DNA of 64,000 nucleotides from Candidatus Bathyarchaeota archaeon. GTDB taxonomy: Archaea; Thermoproteota; Bathyarchaeia; Bathyarchaeales; Bathycorpusculaceae. Position 1 is the first letter of the stretch, and the number at the start of each line of letters is the position of its first letter. Below, piece after piece: positions 60,873 through 64,000 of this stretch. The DNA lies in the NCBI GenBank assembly GCA_963826715.1, contig CAWGYA010000008.1:1056001-1120000 (forward strand). The letters run 5' to 3'. A program made the translations under genes and the position numbers. The notes under the pieces are model-generated. The model was not told the DNA's origin. It saw only the letters and a program-made list of their open reading frames with translations, and made no database searches.

Positions 60873-61479
60873 GTCCGTTGATCACTATTTTTCTAATTTG
60901 CCTAAATGCGATGACCGCTTCGGCATTATCCGCACAAAATTACGGGGCCGTAGCTTTGAGTTTTTATCTTCCTCGAGTGTATTTTCCAAAAAAAAGGTGG
61001 ATTTGGGTACGCGGGTCCTCATTGAATCCATGGCCCTGCCAAATGAGGGATGTGTTCTGGATCTTGGTTGTGGCTACGGTGCAGTTGGTATTGCGGCAGC
61101 AACCTCAAATTCCAAGTTGCAAATAGTTATGACTGATGTGAATATGCGTGCAATCCGATTGGCGCGGCAGAATGTGAAAGCTAATAAAATCCAAAATGCT
61201 CAGGTCCGCTACGGTTACCTCTATGATTCCGTGAAAAATATGTGCTTCAACTGTATCCTATCCAACCCTCCAGTGAGTGCTGGCATGGACATCGTCAAAG
61301 CAATCATCGCAGGTGCTCCCGCTGTTCTTGCGGCAGAAGGCACATTCCAAATGGTTATTCGCAGTAAAATTGGTGCCAAAACCTTGCCTGAAGCTTTTTT
61401 TGAAGCTTTCGGTAACTGTGCGGTTTTAGCTCGGGAAAGCGGCTATCGTGTTCTTTTGGGCAAATTAAACGTTAAGTAG
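60856..61479 (+). CDS. Class I SAM-dependent methyltransferase (RsmC/MTS-like)
   Basis: VFS..VDLGT, LDLGCGYG, SNPP. Confidence 0.88.
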   Translation: MKEKNKSVDHYFSNLPKCDDRFGIIRTKLRGRSFEFLSSSSVFSKKKVDLGTRVLIESMALPNEGCVLDLGCGYGAVGIAAATSNSKLQIVMTDVNMRAIRLARQNVKANKIQNAQVRYGYLYDSVKNMCFNCILSNPPVSAGMDIVKAIIAGAPAVLAAEGTFQMVIRSKIGAKTLPEAFFEAFGNCAVLARESGYRVLLGKLNVK

Positions 61480-61875
61480 CAGATATCGTTGATTGCCGAA
61501 AATTTTTCAATTATGTCGTTAGCCAGTGTTTATTTCTCAAAGCGATTATATCGCGTTTTATATGCAATCGCACACCAGACGGGACTCAATGGTGCTAGTT
61601 TTGAACAAAATTAAGCATAACAATCGGCATAACCAAACGCTGCCTAAATTTGTTAAAACTTTAGTTTAAGCAGTTTGCAATAATCCTAACGAACTCATCC
61701 CTCAGCGTTATATGGGTATAGTACACGACCTGAAGTTTTGCCTCGGAATGAAATCGCCTTAAAACTGAGTATTACTTCAAACAATATCATAGATATTCCA
61801 ATTTCTATACATTCTTGCCTTCGAAAATCAGCTTATATTGCTAAACCAGATAGTGGCATTGTTGAGGTTCAGATA

Positions 61876-61989
61876 ATGGAACAAGAAGAATCGGATGAGT
61901 GCTGTGAAATCGGTGTTAAGAGTTCCTGTGTAAATTGTGATTACAACAGTTTTTGTAATGGCAAATGGATTCACCACGAACTTTTTTAG
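61876..61989 (+). CDS. Possible 37-aa Cys-rich peptide
   Basis: GAGGT SD before ATG; CC..CVNC...C pattern. Confidence 0.35.
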   Translation: MEQEESDECCEIGVKSSCVNCDYNSFCNGKWIHHELF

Positions 61990-62284
61990 ATATTTTTAGT
62001 CTTAGGATATTGAACACAGAAAAGTAAAGCGTTGCAAAGCAGAAACGGCGCTATCAACTGTGCAGGGCAAAACTTGTTTGCTAAGCTGAATCCATACAAA
62101 ACAAGCCTGATCGGAGCTTCAAATTTATCGAATGTAGTACCTTCAAAATTCTTTTGAGACCCACCCATTTCGCGCTCATAAAAGGTAACCCTGAAGCATC
62201 TCATACCTATGCTTCCTCATAGGTGACCACAAAATACTTTAGAAGACCACGCTATACTGAAAAAGTATCTATGGCAGTGATATC

Positions 62285-62536
62285 ATGGTGAAACTAAACA
62301 AAATCGATGAAAAAGTTGTCGCGGTCCTCCAAGCTGAAGGCGGAAAAGAGCTAATGCTTCAAGAAATAGTCGACCAAACTGGGGAATCCTCAAAGAAAAT
62401 TTTCCGTTCACTGAGAAAACTTTTCGAGAATGAGCTTGTTTCAACTCAAGCACGCAAATACAAGCTAACTATACTGGATTCAAAACAAATTAAAGCAAAA
62501 CTTGCGGCGAAACCTGACCACGAAGAATCCGATTAG
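62285..62536 (+). CDS. Small winged-helix protein
   Basis: LQEIVDQTGESSKKIFRSLRKLFENELV. Confidence 0.75.
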   Translation: MVKLNKIDEKVVAVLQAEGGKELMLQEIVDQTGESSKKIFRSLRKLFENELVSTQARKYKLTILDSKQIKAKLAAKPDHEESD

Positions 62537-62561
62537 GTAGGTCACAAAAATTTTTAAGAGA

Positions 62562-62635
62562 AGCCTCGAGCGGGCCTTGCTCCCGCGGCCTGCTGCTTAC
62601 AAGGCAGCCGCTCTACTGGGCTGAGCTATCGAGGC
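62562..62635 (-). tRNA. tRNA-Thr (TGT), CCA not encoded
   Basis: GCCTCGA/TCGAGGC acceptor stem, anticodon arm GCTGC-CTTGTAA-GCAGC, T-arm GCGGG-AGCAAGG-CCCGC. Confidence 0.9.
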
Positions 62636-63369
62636 ACCCAAATTTACCCAGATATACAGACACATTAAACTTTACCCAAATAAAAGTTACTGCCCCGAGG
62701 CATTAGTTGCACTGAAGGATTGATGTTGTGAGTGATTTTGTTTTAAGACAATTATATCTTTATTTTCTTTAAGACGGAATGAAATATTTCCTAACCTATA
62801 CCAAACATTTTGTTAGCGCCACCTAATCTCTACCTGTATTTTTGTAGGGGTGAGGAATGGATTTTTTTCTTATTTTATTTTTTAGAGAATCCCCTTTTGT
62901 GACCAGACACCAACTCTTTATAAACTCTTTATAGGCTTTAATTGATTTCTATTTTCCAAAGGATTAAAAATAAAATTGCAGGTATGTACCAGATGGTACG
63001 ACATGTTTTTATGATGGTTTGAAGCTATAATTGCTTCCCTATATGGGGCTCGCACCCGAAAATATCGGAGTGCACATGCAGAAGCGTAAGCATAACCTGC
63101 CAAAACACCGACGACCAACACAAACAATCGGCAACGATAGACTTATATTAACCGTTGACGCTTCTAATGCAATCCCAGTAACATGGGTTACACAAACAGA
63201 AAAGATGCAACTCCCCACCATAACACGATGGGGAGTGAAGCGGTGAATGGGCGCACTGGCGCTTAAAATGACACCATGCATAGGCCAAACATATACAACG
63301 ACGCCAATACACATCAATTTGAGACAATATGTGATTTCACTAAACGCCAAACAGACACTACCATTGGCC

Positions 63370-64000
63370 CGTAACATGCCACGCTGTCTGGAGGATGGCT
63401 CGGCTTGAGAGCCGAAGAAGGGCGCGGCAAGCCGCGATACCGCCTCGGGTAAGCGCATGCAGCCTTAGAACCGAGGATACCCGAATGAGACTTCTCAACA
63501 ACCGTGAGGTTGTTGCTCCTTTATGGAGCGGGAACCCCCCGAACGGAAGCATCTTAGTAGGGGGAGGAAAAGAAACCAACACGGGATTCCCTTAGTAGCA
63601 GCGAGCGAACTGGGAAGAGTCCAAACCGAATCCCGCACAGAAATGTGTGGGAGATGTAGGGTTAAGGGCCTTGCTTCCTCTTCGCTGGCGAAGTTGAAAT
63701 GGCCTGAAAAGACCTGCCATAGAGGGTGATAGCCCCGTAAACGTAAACCAGAAAGAGTTGAGCGAGAGTCCCAGACTACCATACCATGGCTTTGGTATGG
63801 AAAATTGGAAGTCACCAACTTCCAAGACTAAATACATCTCAAGACCGATAGCGCACTAGTACGGTGACGGAAAACTGAAAAGTACCCCGAAATGGGGGTG
63901 AAAAGTGCCTGAAACCAGACAGTTACAGACGTGCGAGGCCCAGAAGAGACGAAGCTTTCTGAAGGAAACTGCTGTGAAGCAGCTGTACGAAGAAAGTGGA
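63370..64000 (+). rRNA. rrl: 23S rRNA, 5' portion (runs off window; start approximate)
   Basis: GGATGGCTCGGCT, GAAGCATCTTAGTA, GATTCCCTTAGTAGCAGCGAGCGAAC, GACCGATAGCG..GAAAAGTACCCC. Confidence 0.96.

Noticed and set aside
63358-63837. ORFs over the 3' end of the window
   Set aside because: They overlap conserved 23S rRNA sequence.
1-64000. CRISPR array or cas genes
   Set aside because: No regularly spaced repeats or Cas motifs seen.

Overview
Archaeal chromosome segment. Gene content (egsA, ipk/fni/GGPP synthase, topo VI, aCPSF1, Cbf5, rps8e/rpl14e, SRP19, smc-scpA-scpB, sepF) fits a TACK archaeon, most likely Bathyarchaeia (inference). It is mostly housekeeping DNA: lipid/mevalonate, serine, tRNA modification, proteasome beta, two tRNA-Thr genes and the 5' end of a 23S rRNA with no 16S in front of it. 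About 10.3-20.95 kb is a decayed integrative element whose backbone survives as pseudogenes (tyrosine integrase tail, two GNAT remnants, EEP nuclease) but whose cargo is intact: a small peptide + RRE-radical SAM/SPASM + second radical SAM (candidate archaeal RiPP cluster), and a small protein + caspase/gingipain-fold protease + beta-propeller protein. The second standout is a predicted H-type pseudoknot with an A-rich linker that would sequester the Shine-Dalgarno of the queT-queC operon, a candidate archaeal preQ0/preQ1 riboswitch. All calls come from reading motifs by eye; no searches were run.
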